63,542 nucleotides of DNA, filler included, from Basidiobolus ranarum (GCA_040143965.1; 39 parts of 39 records of this genome joined end to end with filler, not necessarily neighbours in it); one strand, 5' to 3'. Positions 1 through 12,872 are shown, counted from the whole stretch's first letter. Numbers and translations: made by a program. Notes: generated from the letters alone by a model not told the origin.

Positions 1-1540
1 ATTCCACCATTTCTCTGAATTGAAACTGTTGATTTCATGCTCTGATTTGAGACATCCAAAGTCTTTGGTAGAATGGTTGGATGTTTCACTTACAGGATGT
101 TTCTGATTTCCACTTGGTAGGATGCCTGAGACCTGATTGCCTGAATCTTGTGATTGATTGAATACTTGTTGTGATTGATTGCATACTTCCAATAATTAAT
201 TGTATCCAATATCAGCCAAATTGAGAGTAGGATATTTCTTAGGTATATGATTAGTCAGAAAATTATTGCCTTGTTTCTGGACCCAATTTCCTGAATCCTG
301 ATTGGTTGGAAAAATATCCTTTTCTGATTGACATATTTTTCATTGGCATAGATAATATGCTGATTTCTGGAAGCTGGTTCCCAATTATCAGTATCCTCAG
401 AGTAATTATCAGGTTTTCTGGTATGAATTGGCGCATTACCAGTGCTGCCTAATGTTTCACTACTCATATAGCTGCTAGATTCCAGAATATCATAAAATAG
501 TTTGTTCTCCTTGGTTTCAGTACTTGTAGATAAGTTTGAGACAGGATTATTGCTTGTTAGTTTTCTGCTAGGAATATTCACCACAGGGATTGGTAATAAT
601 ATGAGCTTTGTCATATATTCATTGGTGGCTGATGTTTCAGATCTTGTCCTAGATATGATATTTTCTAAATTTGGATAATGTTGATGGATAGTTTCAAATT
701 CCAAATTTGGCCTAATTCCAGTATCTATTTCCAATGAATCATTTTCCAAGTTGGTTTCAGTACTCATTAGCTCAAAGATTGGTTTCAGAACTCATTAACT
801 CAGAATTTGAGTTATTGAGAAATTGATTTTCTCACAAAATCAAATTCTGTTGATTAGAAGACTTGAAACTTTCTTCAATGAATATAATGTCTCTGGAGTT
901 GATGATTTGATTTGTGCCAGCAATTAGGAGATGATAGCCTTTGATCTTATATCCTAATAGGATACATTTAATTGCCTCTTTGTCCAATTTCCTATGCTGA
1001 GGTTTAGGAATATGAGCATATAATATTGATCCAAAAATTCAGAGGTGATTCAGATCAGGCTTGTTTCCAGTCCAGATTTCAATAAGAGTTTTAGAGTCAT
1101 GGTGGCTACATGTTGGATTTCTATTTTGGAGATATATAGCTGTTAAAATAGCTTCACCCTAATAGGTCTTAGGCATGTCTGAATCAATTAGCATTGTATG
1201 TGCTTTCTCTACTAAAGTCCTATTCATTGTCTCTGCAACTCCATTTTGTTCTGCACTATATGGAATAGTAAGTTGCTGCTGAATTCTCTTTTCTTGACAA
1301 AAGCTATTCATGGCTTAATTGTTATATTCAGTTCCATTATCACCACATAGGTATTTGATTTTTCTTCCTATTATGTTTGTGACCATTGCTTCATATATCT
1401 CAAAATAGTGAAACACTTCTCCTTTGCTTGACAGAAGATATGAAACTGTGAAGTGAGATTTATCATCAATAAAGATGAGTAAATATTGTCACTTACTTGG
1501 TGTCAGAGTTTGCATTGGGCTACATAAGTCTGTATGAATA
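1..1540 (-). mobile_element. Degenerate Ty1/copia pol fragment (integrase core and downstream linker)
   Basis: The minus strand translates to IHTDLCSPMQT..YLLIFIDDKSHFT..GDNGTEY..TIPYSAEQNGVAETMNRTLVEKAHTML (rve core) with stops. Homologous to 57765-58665. Confidence 0.9.
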
Positions 1541-1640
1541 NNNNNNNNNNNNNNNNNNNNNNNNNNNNNNNNNNNNNNNNNNNNTTAATTAATTAANNNN
1601 NNNNNNNNNNNNNNNNNNNNNNNNNNNNNNNNNNNNNNNN
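1541..1640. other. Artificial contig-joining spacer (44 N + TTAATTAATTAA + 44 N); first of 38 identical spacers
   Basis: An identical 100-bp block recurs about every 1.63 kb. The linker has stops in all six frames. Intervening contigs shrink monotonically from 1540 to 1525 bp. Confidence 0.99.
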
Positions 1641-2815
1641 TACTAGTCAGTCTAATATCAAACTTGGTATTAGCTGTAAGCCTAAGATTATTTTGCTAAA
1701 GGAGATCAGCTGGAGCCAGAGCTTCCCATTAGGCACCATGCACTTACTATTCAACAACATTCCAATATTACTTTCTTGGCTATATAGTGCAAAATTCAAT
1801 ATGAATGAGCCATTTGAGATAGGATCAAATTTTTAATCATTTGGGAAAATGATTGAGAATGGCATGTTACCATCATATTTTACCAGGACTGTCATCAATA
1901 TCCACTCATCCAGATATTTATTGAAGTGCAAAGACTGGAAGTATAGGATTTGTAAATATTTGAGTGTAATCTTGAAATGATTTCTGCCTGCTAAGTATTG
2001 GCAACATTGGGAGTAGTTTGTGGATATTGTTAATATATTCTTATGGCATCAACTAACATTGGCAGATCTCAGGCAGATACAGCAACTGTGCAAAGATTTG
2101 GTATTTGGATATTAAAAACTTTGCTAAATGTTTAATGAAGATAGACTGAATCTAGGCCAGCATTCAATACATTCCCTGCTGCATCTTTCACAATGCTTAG
2201 AGATTATAGGCCTCAGCTTTATATTCTGGAAGTTCCCAATGGAGTGCACCTGCTGTGAAATGAAGCTTTGTGTGAAACTGTCAGTAGTACCATAGGCTAA
2301 TCTGATTAACAATGTATCAGCAATATCAGTGATGGATGTAATGTAATGGGTAAAGGAGACTCCAGAGTATATTAATCTTCCAACAAGGGGCTCTTTTCAA
2401 TATGCTCATGGGTTTTTGCTTGGTATGAGCACAATAACAGCAACAAAACCAAATCCATGGACTCAAAGTAAGTACCTCTATAATTGGGACTAATTTTGTT
2501 GTGTGATAATCTGATGGTATTTCCAGGAAAGCTGCAAGATATACTTCTTGGTGAGATAGATTGAGATGCAGTATTATTGTTTTCAGCATGGGGTAATCAA
2601 TTCAAGCAATGACACATCTACTTGTGGCAGGACACTAACTGACTGCAAATAGGGATATTTTGGCTGAATTCTTTACAGAAATTATTCAAAATCCAACAGC
2701 TTATGCTCATTGTGAATGGTAACAAGAGTCAGCTATTTGCCAAGTGAGTGCTATTTAAAATTTCAGATGTTTAGCAATTTCTCCACCATTAGTATGCTAG
2801 TAAAGCATATTGATA
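1641..2815 (+). mobile_element. Degenerate CMC/CACTA-like (Tnp2/Transposase_21-type) transposase, 3' part
   Basis: Motifs MHLLFNNIP, YWQHWE, IHSLLHLSQCLEIIG..FWKFPMECTC match the copies at 14741-16276, 55512-57038 and 60442-61717. Confidence 0.8.
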
Positions 2816-3179
2816 CCCTAACAGAAACTTGAGGATTGTTATTGTAGGAAAACCATCACAATTTTAATCCATTTGGGATTGACCATTTACTTACCATCTT
2901 AAAATCGTCAAGTTAGATTTGATGTTAATCGATTTTTTCAGTTTCAGGAGTGAAATTTCAAGATCTTGCAAAATAGTTTTGCATGATTGGCTAAAATCTG
3001 AGAGAACTATGGATCAACACATGTGCAAAAATCGTAACTCAAATTTTACACAATTACCACTTGAATGCTGATTTGTCACCTTTGAAATCCCTAGTCTCTT
3101 TGGTATATTCTCCTGAATATTTTTATAGAGTTCTTCATACACAAGGTTTAGCTCATACCCAACACAAGTTTGTGTCAAT
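2816..3179 (+). mobile_element. Left terminus (TIR CCCTAACAGAAA) of a CMC element inserted into another copy
   Basis: Abrupt switch at CCCTAACAGAAACTTGAGGATTG. The same terminus occurs at 32201 and, reversed, ending at 22978. Confidence 0.8.
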
Positions 3180-3279
3180 NNNNNNNNNNNNNNNNNNNNN
3201 NNNNNNNNNNNNNNNNNNNNNNNTTAATTAATTAANNNNNNNNNNNNNNNNNNNNNNNNNNNNNNNNNNNNNNNNNNNN

Positions 3280-3678
3280 AGCCATATCTTGGAATAGCAA
3301 GAAACAACTCACCATAGCACTTTCAACAACTGAAGCAGAGCACATGGTAGCATCACATACAACAAAGAAAGCTATGTGGTTAAGGAAACTGTTCAAAGAG
3401 TTGGGCAATTTTCAAAGTTCACCCACCCTAGTTTTCAAGGGTAATCAAAGTTGTTTTTCTATAGCTAAAAATCACAAATTTCATGCTAGAAGTAAACATA
3501 TTGATATTCAACATCACTTTGTTAGGTAAGCCATTGAGAATAACCACATCCAATTACAGTACTGTCTAACTGGGGACATGCTTGCTGACATCCCTACCAA
3601 ACCATTACCCAAGCCAAAATCTGAAGAATTAAGATTTAAGTTAGGATTCAGATATATGAATATTTAGTGGAGTGGGAG
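3280..3678 (+). mobile_element. Ty1/copia RNase H end plus polypurine tract
   Basis: Translates to AISWNSKKQLTIALSTTEAEH..NHKFHARSKHIDIQHHFVR..MLADIPTKPL, followed by the PPT AGTGGAGTGGGAG. Confidence 0.92.
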
Positions 3679-4028
3679 AGTTCAAGTTTATTATCTGTAT
3701 CATATTTGTTGTCTCTATCTTCATACACCTAACCATTTTGTATATCACATATAAGTTAGCTAAGATTACTTAGTCAAATATCACTTAACTGAAAATCAGA
3801 ACATATATTATATATGTATGTGAATAATATGGGAATTAGCAATTCCATATTGAGAATTGGCTCAAAAATAGCTTATTTCACTCCCACAGACTTTCTGAAC
3901 CCAACCACAGTATAAGTTTTCTGTATTTCCACCAAAATGTATCAATGTTTCATTTCTGGACAATAAATATATACCACACAAACTCAACTTTTCTAAGATT
4001 CCTTCAAACAGCCCATATTTTCCCAATA
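3679..4028 (+). repeat. 3' LTR of copia family A
   Basis: Directly follows the PPT, ends CATATTTTCCCAATA, and matches the LTR-A copies elsewhere in the window. Confidence 0.85.
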
Positions 4029-4818
4029 GTTTCATGATGGTACTTTGATGGTATTCATGAATGTTAAGATATTGATCTTCATATTTGGCATGTGTTATTT
4101 AATTCCTGTCAATTTTTGCAAAAATCTAATTTTCAGACAGGAAATTACTGGGTTTACTGCTGTGGGAATTTGAACTAATATGCATGCCGTTATTTCAACA
4201 TTTTAGGCTTTGAATTCCAGCCATAATGAGAATCAAAAAATACAAGAACTTCCTTGTGTTTAGCCTTTACATATTCACATACTTGACTGATTAGACATAA
4301 CTCAACAACAGCAATATACTTTACCAGCAAACTAATGGTGGAAAAATTGCTAGACAATGGAAATATTGAATAGCGCTGGCACTTGGCAAATAGCCAACTG
4401 TTGTTACCTTTCACAGGGAGAATAAGCTCTTGGACTTTGGCAAATTTATGTAAAGAATATACCTAAAAAATCCCCAACTTGCAGTCAGCAAATGTACTGC
4501 CAAAAGTAGATGTGTAGTTGCTTGAATAGATTACCCCATGGTTAAAACAATAATACTGTGTACTTCAATCTATCTCTCCAAGAAGTCTGTTTTGCAGCTT
4601 TCTTAGAAATACTGTCAGATTATTACACAATTAGTCCAAATTATGTAGAGGTACTTACTCAGTTTCCATGGATTGGATTCTGTCACTGTTAATGTGCTCA
4701 AACAATGCAAAAACTCATGAACACATTGAAAACAGCCCAGTGTTGGAAGGTGGATTTACTCTAAGGTCTCCTTAACCCATTACATTAAGTCCATCACAGA
4801 TTTTGCTAATGCATGGGG
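4029..4818 (-). mobile_element. CMC transposon 3' region
   Basis: Reverse complement of the 13150-13960 type sequence. Confidence 0.8.
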
Positions 4819-4918
4819 NNNNNNNNNNNNNNNNNNNNNNNNNNNNNNNNNNNNNNNNNNNNTTAATTAATTAANNNNNNNNNNNNNNNNNNNNNNNNNN
4901 NNNNNNNNNNNNNNNNNN

Positions 4919-6456
4919 CTTGTATTAAAATTAACCCCCAATTGAAATGTAAATTTGTGAGGGTTGTAAGTATGGAAAACAAGCCAGGCAACCATTCAAG
5001 AGCTCTGGTTTAATCAAATCTAGTAGGACTAGAATAGAAATGGCAAAATCTATAGTAAATGCACAAAATTTATCTCATAACTGTTGGGTGGAATCTGTTG
5101 CTACAGCGGTATATCTGAAGAATAGGAGTTTTACTAGAATTCCGTCTAACTCTACACCATATCAAGCTTGGTTTGGAGTTAAATCTGATGTGAAATATTT
5201 GAGGATCTCTGGATCCATTGCTGATATGAAACTTATAACCAAAAATTTGTCTAAATTTGATCCAAAAAGTAAAAAATGCATATTTCTGTGTTATTGTACT
5301 CAAACTCAGGCCAACAGACTCTATGATACAAAAGTCTCCAGTTTAATCAAGTCTAGTGATATTTTGTTTAATGAAAATGAAAAACTTTCACCCAAAATGA
5401 CCTTAGATCATGAAGAAAATCAATTTTCTCTTGATCCAATCATTCAAATTCATTCAAGCCAAAACAATGAAGAAAATAGCATTCCTGTGGACCCTTCAAC
5501 CAATGTTTTGCCTACCTGAGTGCCCAATAAAATCCCAGCAGTTGTAGTACCTTTATCCCAGACCAATATATCAAATTGGATCAGAAATAGCCCTGATAGC
5601 TATATCAATGAGTTGCAAAATTGGGCCTATGCCTGCACAGCCCAAATACATGAACCCCAGACTGTAAAAGAGCCCCTGAATGGCCCTTACGTGAGATCTT
5701 GGAGATCTGCAATGGCAGATTAGTACCAGGCTTCAATTGACAACCAAATTGGGATTTTAACCAACTCACCTGATGATAGAAAATTAATTGGCTGCCAATG
5801 GGTGTTTAAGATTACATGCAACTCTGATGGCAATATGGAAAGGTACAAGGCAAGACTAGAAGCCAAGGGCTATTCCCAAACACCAGGAATAGATTATATG
5901 TAAATGTTTGCTCCTGTAGGAAAGTTTAATTCAATTAGATTGATATTAGCGATTTCAGCTAAGTATCAGTTTATTATGCATCAAATGAATATTAAAGCTT
6001 CTTTTTTGAATGGAGAGCTTGCTGAGGAGCTCTATATGAACCAGCCAGACAGATTTGTGGACCCAAAAGACCCTAAAAAAGCTTGCAGACTCCGGAAAAC
6101 ACTCTATGGCTTAAAACAATCTCCAAAATCTTGGAATAGCAAGATAGATTTTTTTTTGGAAACATTCCAATTCCAAAAGAGTAATACTGACTATATTATA
6201 TACTTCAGGTCGGATAAGACAAAGCCAATTTTATTAGCCTTAAATGTAGATGACTTTATTATAGCAACCAATGTCTTGAAAACTTGGGAGAAAATCATAT
6301 CTAGCTTATCAGCCAAATTCAATATGACTGCTCTTGATGAACTGACATACCATCTTGGAATCCAAATTCAGATAGATAGAACTTCCAAAACAGTACCTTT
6401 TAACCAGGCTAAGTATATCCTAGATATATCAAAGAAGTGTAAATTTGAAGAATGTT
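4919..6456 (+). mobile_element. Degenerate Ty1/copia integrase C-terminus and reverse transcriptase
   Basis: WVESVATAVYLKNRS, KFDPKSKKCIF, CQWVFKI..RYKARLEAKGYSQTPGIDY, HQMNIKASFLNGEL, LRKTLYGLKQSP, LNVDDF (degenerate YVDD); internal stops. Confidence 0.93.
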
Positions 6457-6556
6457 NNNNNNNNNNNNNNNNNNNNNNNNNNNNNNNNNNNNNNNNNNNN
6501 TTAATTAATTAANNNNNNNNNNNNNNNNNNNNNNNNNNNNNNNNNNNNNNNNNNNN

Positions 6557-8094
6557 TTAGAGCAGTATTCTCCACCATCATCACACCTTAGCACCCTTTT
6601 TTTTTGCTGATTCTCACTCTACCATTGCTTTGTATTGCTTAAATGTCACTAAGGCTTTAGATTTTGATTTGAAAAAGAAAACCCAAGTATATCTTGTTTT
6701 GTGATCAATAAATATCATAGAGTATCTTTTACAACCTAGTGATACCTTTCCCCACCCAGTGAGATGCTTTTCATGGGCCTACATAGGTCAGAATGAAACA
6801 AGGCAAAATTCTAAGTGGATTGGATCTCTTCATAGCTTGAAAATGGCTGTCTGTGATGTTTTCCAAATATACAACCTTCACACAGATCCACTTTAGTAAT
6901 ATTTTTAATTTTGAAGCCCAAAACAAGTTGATATTGGATCATTTGGGTTAGTTTTTGTTCCCCAAATTGGCCTGTTCTTCAATGCCACATTTGACAGCTT
7001 ATTTCACTGGTTTTGGTCAAGTTTACATGCTCAATATGCAATTTAATTATTTCTAGCTTGTATAACACATGAGTTTTGATCCCATTAGCAAAGTTGGTAT
7101 TATTCTGTTCTATGATTGTGCATCCAGCCTTGATGAACACAAAATTCAGTCCTTGAGTTGTTACCTGGCTTACTGAGAGTAGCTTCTTGGCTATGTTTGG
7201 TCATACAGTATATCATCCAATTTTTCAGATGGTATAGCTGAAATTTGATCTATATTTGGCACAACTGTGCCCTTATCAACTCCATCTAGTGTGTAGTCAA
7301 CACCCAAGTAGGCTTTTCTTGTTTGAATGGGTTTTAAGCTAGAAAACCAATCTTTTGTGGTAGACATATGCTGGGATGCTCCTGAGTCAATGTATCATGT
7401 TTCTGAGTCTTCTTAGTGTTACTGATAGGGCAGTCATAATTAGATGAACCCCATCAGTTCTTATTTGATTTGCCTTTCCAATTTTAGCTTTTTGGCAAAA
7501 ATCCTTTTTCTCCTATCTTAAATTAAATGGCCTGGTTTCTTGCAATACTTGTAGATGCTTGATTTTTGATTAGGGGCTCCAGTATTGAAGCCTATTGGAC
7601 AATTTATAGCTCTAAAAAATGCCTGTTCTGCATTATTTTACTGAGAATTAAATCTCCAGTATTCCTTATTCAAAAGCCTAGCACCAACATATTCCACTGT
7701 TAATGGCTCTGAACCTGATTCCAGGGCAATTATGAGGCTGCCAAACTCTTCTGGTAAGCTCCCAAGTAGTGTCATGACTAAGTCACCTTCATTTAGCTGT
7801 GCACCAATGAATCAGAGCTGATCTTCCATAGCTTTTATCAAATTTATATGATTGAGCATAGACTCATTGGAATTCATCTGAATTGAGAATAATTTTCACC
7901 TATGATATAGCCTATTAGCCATACTTTTAGTCTCATATAATCCCTCAAGTGTTTCCCAAGCAGTTTGGATGTTCATGGCTGATTGCTCATCAAAATCAGC
8001 ACTCTCAGTTTTTGAATATCCTTTAGCAACTAGTCGTACTTTGTATTGGTTGAGGGTTCCCTTGGCATTTCTATTGATCTTGAAAACCCTTTAG
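6557..8094 (-). mobile_element. Degenerate Ty1/copia gag-protease-GAG_pre-integrase/integrase start, with a short RT scrap at about 7980-8094
   Basis: YIDSGASQHM protease motif, CEGCIFGKHHR zinc motif, gag UBN2-like region. Homologous to 37601-39130. Confidence 0.88.
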
Positions 8095-8194
8095 NNNNNN
8101 NNNNNNNNNNNNNNNNNNNNNNNNNNNNNNNNNNNNNNTTAATTAATTAANNNNNNNNNNNNNNNNNNNNNNNNNNNNNNNNNNNNNNNNNNNN

Positions 8195-8342
8195 TAACGG
8201 AAGTGCAAAGACCATCAACTGGAGAATGATCGCATGGTGTTTCTTTTCCTGGATTCTTACCCTTCCTTGTGCAGGATTAGTCGCAGGTTTACTCTTTTCA
8301 TTTGCCGCATATGCTCCTAAACTTTTAGTTTCTACTGTATGA
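8195..8342 (+). CDS. PHO89: C-terminal fragment of a PiT-family Na+/phosphate symporter (Pho89-like)
   Basis: NGSAKTINWRMIAWCFFSWILTLPCAGLVAGLLFSFAAYAPKLLVSTV* is the typical PHO4/PiT C-terminus. 5' truncated by the contig end. Confidence 0.8.
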
Positions 8343-9831
8343 AAAATGTTATGACTCAAGAACATCTGTAGTGAATAATATCATCATAATTTTCCCCAAT
8401 AAAACTTAATAGATTTTTATTCTTAATGATTTCATCTGCAGAAATTGGTGAAACACGGGTCGAAATGACTCTTGTAGAACCGCCGATAGTCTAATAAATT
8501 AGGTTGTTTACCTTAATTCTTTATCTAACTCAAGTTGATCTCATGAGCAGAAGGCATATATTTAGTGTAGCCATAGATTTGGAAATTCTATTTTGACTTT
8601 ACTTGCACGAGTGATACTGACGAAGTAGACACTGAATTTGAATAAATATTTGTATTGCAACTTCTAGAGTAATTCATCCACATTATACTTATACTACTAA
8701 AGCCATTTTAATGTTTGTGCCGGCTCTATATTTCTGGCTATTCTCCTCATTTGACTTGGTATGACTGTTGCTCAAACTCTCGACCATTTTTCCCTCCAGA
8801 ATTTAAGATTGATCGGGATTTGCTAACTGCATGCTAAAGGGGAGTAATACTATTGGTTTTCTCCATTAGGTTTTTTACCTTGGCAATCCGTGAGTGTAAC
8901 GTAAGGATCGAAACAAATCCACCTGTGCTAAAGAAGTATTCCAAGCGCTTCTGGCCAGTCAAGAAGGATAATGTTTTTGTAATTTATACACAGTGAATAA
9001 CTATCCTCTTGATTCAATCATGCTTGGTTGATACAATTTTGGACTGAAGGTCGGATTGTTTTTAACATCGATCCGTGTAATGTCTCACCTGTATATTAAA
9101 CATATGGATCCATCCTAGTCTAGATATGCACGCTTCACACGTAAGCCGATGATAGCATATCTACAACTGTTATTAGGTAATGTATTATATATACTCAAAG
9201 AATAGTGCTTCCAGGCTATACACCTACTGATCCGATAGTGACGGATATTATTTCGCATTCTGCAACTAATTAGAGGTGATTCTATTTCGAATTCTTTTGA
9301 TGATCAAGCAATCAAATCCATTATGATTTCCGTGCTACTATGCCCACTTTCAAAGATTTCCATTACTCGGTGCGTCAAGGACTCTCACTGTAGCCAGTGC
9401 ACTTTGTGTTGAGTTAGTCAGTTTCTGACGCACTGGTGCCATTGGTACGGGATTCCAAGTTTTTACTTTCATGTGTGTTCTTCTATTTTGGCACGGTGAG
9501 AATGCCTATTACGTTTTAGCACCAATACTAAGAAGGTAACTTTCTACATCAAGAGGCGCAATAACAGACCCTATTGGCTATAATATAAAGGAGAAATTTA
9601 CATGTTTGGTTCATAAAGTCTAGTGAATTACCAAATGATTATATTACACATTACACCTTTGGTTCTTTTTCGAACCATATTAGTTCACAGGTGTTCTAGT
9701 ACAAGTAGAAAAATCCCTCTGCTTCTGTTTTNNNNNNNNNNNNNNNNNNNNNNNNNNNNNNNNNNNNNNNNNNNNTTAATTAATTAANNNNNNNNNNNNN
9801 NNNNNNNNNNNNNNNNNNNNNNNNNNNNNNN

Positions 9832-11164
9832 AAATTGCCATCCATTACCAGAAATATCTTGTAAATCCCCTGATGACTCATCTGTGACACCATCTCAGAA
9901 TCAGCTGATGATATTGATGGGTTATACCTAAAATACCACCCTAACCTAGGAGGTGTTCTTTTTTCTACAATATCCTTCTGATGCTGCAATGCAAAAATTT
10001 AAAGTAGCCCTGCTACTATTGTCACAAATTCTTGTGCTAAGAAAGCTGGAGGCTTCATAGAAAAAATTATCGCAAGCACAGTCACTGTACAATGCCACTA
10101 GCTGCACAGAGCATGGTAAATATCAACAGTAATATGGGCACAAAATTGACTTTAGTTTTGCCCACTGAGTCCACTGACTGTACTTTGCCTCAAAGTTTTG
10201 GTAACACTGCCAAAAGTTAAGATACCATAGAGTTACCACAGTTATATGACCAGAATGATGTAGATAGAAATGCAACTTTGGTTGAACTAGTAAGTCCAGA
10301 CAACTGTGTGGACATGCTACTAGACATAGACCTTGGTTATTCCTGAACTGGTGGTAGTTTATCAGAAGTTGAAGAAGAAGACTAGGGTTTTGTTATTGAC
10401 TCTTTGTTATTTGCAAGCATTAGTCCACTCATAACACTTACAGTAAAGGAAGTAGCTTTGATTATTGATGAGTGGAAAGTTCAATCCAATCTAAGCAACC
10501 AGGTATTTATTGGTTTTCTTACACTTTTACAACAGTTGATTGGCAACTGTTGCTTGCTACAGGTCTGGTACAGGTGGAAAACACTTGGCAATTGTATAAC
10601 TTATAATCCTTCAGTAATTAAACTACCTTTATGTCCAAATGGTTGCTTGGCTTTCACCAGTAATCTAAAAAACCTGAAGTAATGTACTGTCTGCACGCAA
10701 CTGTAATCACTGAATTCGGTAAATATCTTTCATATTTGGCTTACATACCCTTGATTCCCCATCTTAAACTTTTGATGAAATCACCCAAATATAGATCATT
10801 GATCCAATACAGAAGTACTCACCAAAAAACTGATGATATTACCAATATACTTGATGGATATCACTACCAGAATCTGAAAAGTCAAGGCTTCTTTGAGTAC
10901 ACATATAATAATGCATTTGCATTGACTCTGGATGGTTTCTTGCTAAACGAATATACCATTTGAAAGGCTTGCTGGCCAATATATTTTAATCAACTTAAGT
11001 CGCACTCCTTCTGAATGGTACAAGAGTAATAATATTTTGATACTATCCATCATATCTGACTAAAATCACCAGTGCTTAAAGATAGCATCTTGGAGCCTTT
11101 GATTGCAGAATTTGCATGATCATCTAATGGGGTTCAGATGGGTGTATATGTTATTAAACCTAAT
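9832..11164 (+). mobile_element. CMC transposon, left-internal region and transposase N-terminal half
   Basis: CPNGCLAF, YIPLIPHLKLL, ILDGYHY, AFALTLDGF..WPI..INL motifs of Transposase_21-like proteins, with stops. Confidence 0.82.
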
Positions 11165-11368
11165 TATTGGAAAAATATGGGCTGTTTGTAGAAACTTTAG
11201 AAAAGCGGAGTTGTGAAAAGCTTTGTGAGATAATCAATTTATTTTCCAGAAAGAAAGCATTTATATATTTTGGTGGCAATACAGAAAACTAACACTGGGG
11301 TTGTGTTCAGAACATCTGTGGGAGTAAAATGTGCTATCTTTGGGGCAATTTGGATGAGTTTGAAATTT
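11165..11368 (-). repeat. Partial copia LTR-A inserted in the CMC transposase
   Basis: TATTGGAAAAATATGGGCTG..GGAGTTGTG matches the LTR-A end. Confidence 0.85.
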
Positions 11369-11468
11369 NNNNNNNNNNNNNNNNNNNNNNNNNNNNNNNN
11401 NNNNNNNNNNNNTTAATTAATTAANNNNNNNNNNNNNNNNNNNNNNNNNNNNNNNNNNNNNNNNNNNN

Positions 11469-11544
11469 ACTACTCTTTGCAAAAAATCATATCAGAAGGT
11501 TTAATAACTACTCTTTGCAAAAAATCATATCAGAAGGTTTAATA
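11469..11544. repeat. Perfect 38-bp tandem duplication at contig start
   Basis: ACTACTCTTTGCAAAAAATCATATCAGAAGGTTTAATA occurs twice in tandem. Confidence 0.9.
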
Positions 11545-11894
11545 TCTTCTGTAAGTAGGGTTTTGTAACAGCAGCACTTGGGAGTAATTCCTTAACGCAA
11601 CTGCTAGAATATTAAGTGAGTAGATTATAAATGACAGGAAGTCAACCAAATTATTATGGCTAACACCCAATGGACGAGCTGGTACTAATTCAATCGAATA
11701 CTGATATATCAATAATTCATATCTAATGATGTGAGGTGGTGTATGAAGTTAAAGTATGATAAAGGAAATAAACCTTACAATATTCTCGATGCACGCCCTA
11801 GATACCATTTAAATAGAACCAAGAAACTACCTTTGTAATGCATCTTCCTGAGTACATTCAATTATCAAATAAACATAAAGTCAACCTGTCAACT

Positions 11895-12872
11895 ATGCTT
11901 GCCGCAAGAAACCTTCTCGCTACCGTTTCAATCTTAGTATGCACTGTTTCATCCGTTCCAGTTGATTACTTCAACTACGGAGATCAACCTTGCACTCTAC
12001 AGTCTGGTCTATGTGCTCACCGTATGCAACCGCGCACTATGCCAACATGGACTGTAAAAAAGAGCATTCAATTCCCGGAAATGAAGCAATCGTTCAGTAC
12101 TGTCACCAGAAGCCACAACAATTTGAACACTGCCATGGCTTCAAACAAAAAGAATATAAATGTCAAGTATCAGACTGGTCCCAGTGCCCTAGTCGAAGGA
12201 GAGCATACTTCATCGGCATATGGAAAACAGGTGGGCATGAAAGAGCCGATGGGACCAGGTATGGGCTACATCAGCGAAGGGTTCCAGGATACTATGATGA
12301 TGCCAAGTGAATCCTCCACTTTTGCAATGAAGCCCATGGTTCATCATACTCCAGAAATGGTTAATGAATATACCGACAGAAAGGCAATGGATATGCCAAT
12401 GACTGAGCAAACAGAGACCTCTTTTACTCCTCCAATGGCCGATCATTCTTCTGAGATGTCTAAAGAGCCCGCCGACAGAGAAACAATGGACATGCCAATG
12501 ACCGATCAAACAGAGACTTCTTTCATGAAACCAATGGACCATCAAACCTCAGAGATGTCGGACGATTCTACCAAGGATCAAACAATGGAAATGCCGATGA
12601 TGGAACATACCGAAGAACAGCCCAGTCACGCGTTGTTGGATAGAGTCAATGCTCATTCATCTCAAAAAAGTCACGCTCTTTCCAAGTCGAATCAATTTGA
12701 TCAATCTGGCGTACTCGACCAAACTATGTACCCACTTCTTCATCAAGAAGCACCCCAAGTTATCATTCCATACTGGGGCATGCAACGCCCTGCGAGACCA
12801 TTCAAGAAGTACCGTAAATTTGGTCACCGTTCCTATAAAATCAGATATGCCTCCAGTGGTAAACACTTCTAA
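11895..12872 (+). CDS. Predicted secreted Met/His/acidic-rich protein with about three 33-aa internal repeats (orphan)
   Basis: Intronless 325-aa ORF from the second ATG; signal-peptide-like MLAARNLLATVSILVCTVSS; repeats of the form F..PM.H..EM..E..D..TMDMPMT.QTETS; normal CpG content. Confidence 0.8.
   Translation: MLAARNLLATVSILVCTVSSVPVDYFNYGDQPCTLQSGLCAHRMQPRTMPTWTVKKSIQFPEMKQSFSTVTRSHNNLNTAMASNKKNINVKYQTGPSALVEGEHTSSAYGKQVGMKEPMGPGMGYISEGFQDTMMMPSESSTFAMKPMVHHTPEMVNEYTDRKAMDMPMTEQTETSFTPPMADHSSEMSKEPADRETMDMPMTDQTETSFMKPMDHQTSEMSDDSTKDQTMEMPMMEHTEEQPSHALLDRVNAHSSQKSHALSKSNQFDQSGVLDQTMYPLLHQEAPQVIIPYWGMQRPARPFKKYRKFGHRSYKIRYASSGKHF

Noticed and set aside
1585..1596. TTAATTAATTAA recurring with a period of about 1.63 kb, resembling a regular array or CRISPR-like repeat
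   Set aside because: It is always embedded in N runs between length-sorted contigs, so it is an artificial six-frame-stop linker. ORFs ending in X..LIN or X..N are artifacts of it.
5517..5903. In-frame stops in copia pol read as programmed readthrough or an alternative genetic code
   Set aside because: Stops differ between copies and accompany frameshifts, and host genes use the standard code, so this is decay.
8147..8365. Listed minus-strand 72-aa ORF
   Set aside because: It is antisense to the PiT/Pho89 C-terminus on the plus strand.
11469..11544. 38-bp direct repeat as a regulatory or CRISPR-like unit
   Set aside because: Only two adjacent copies with no spacer, at a contig edge; a simple duplication or assembly artifact.
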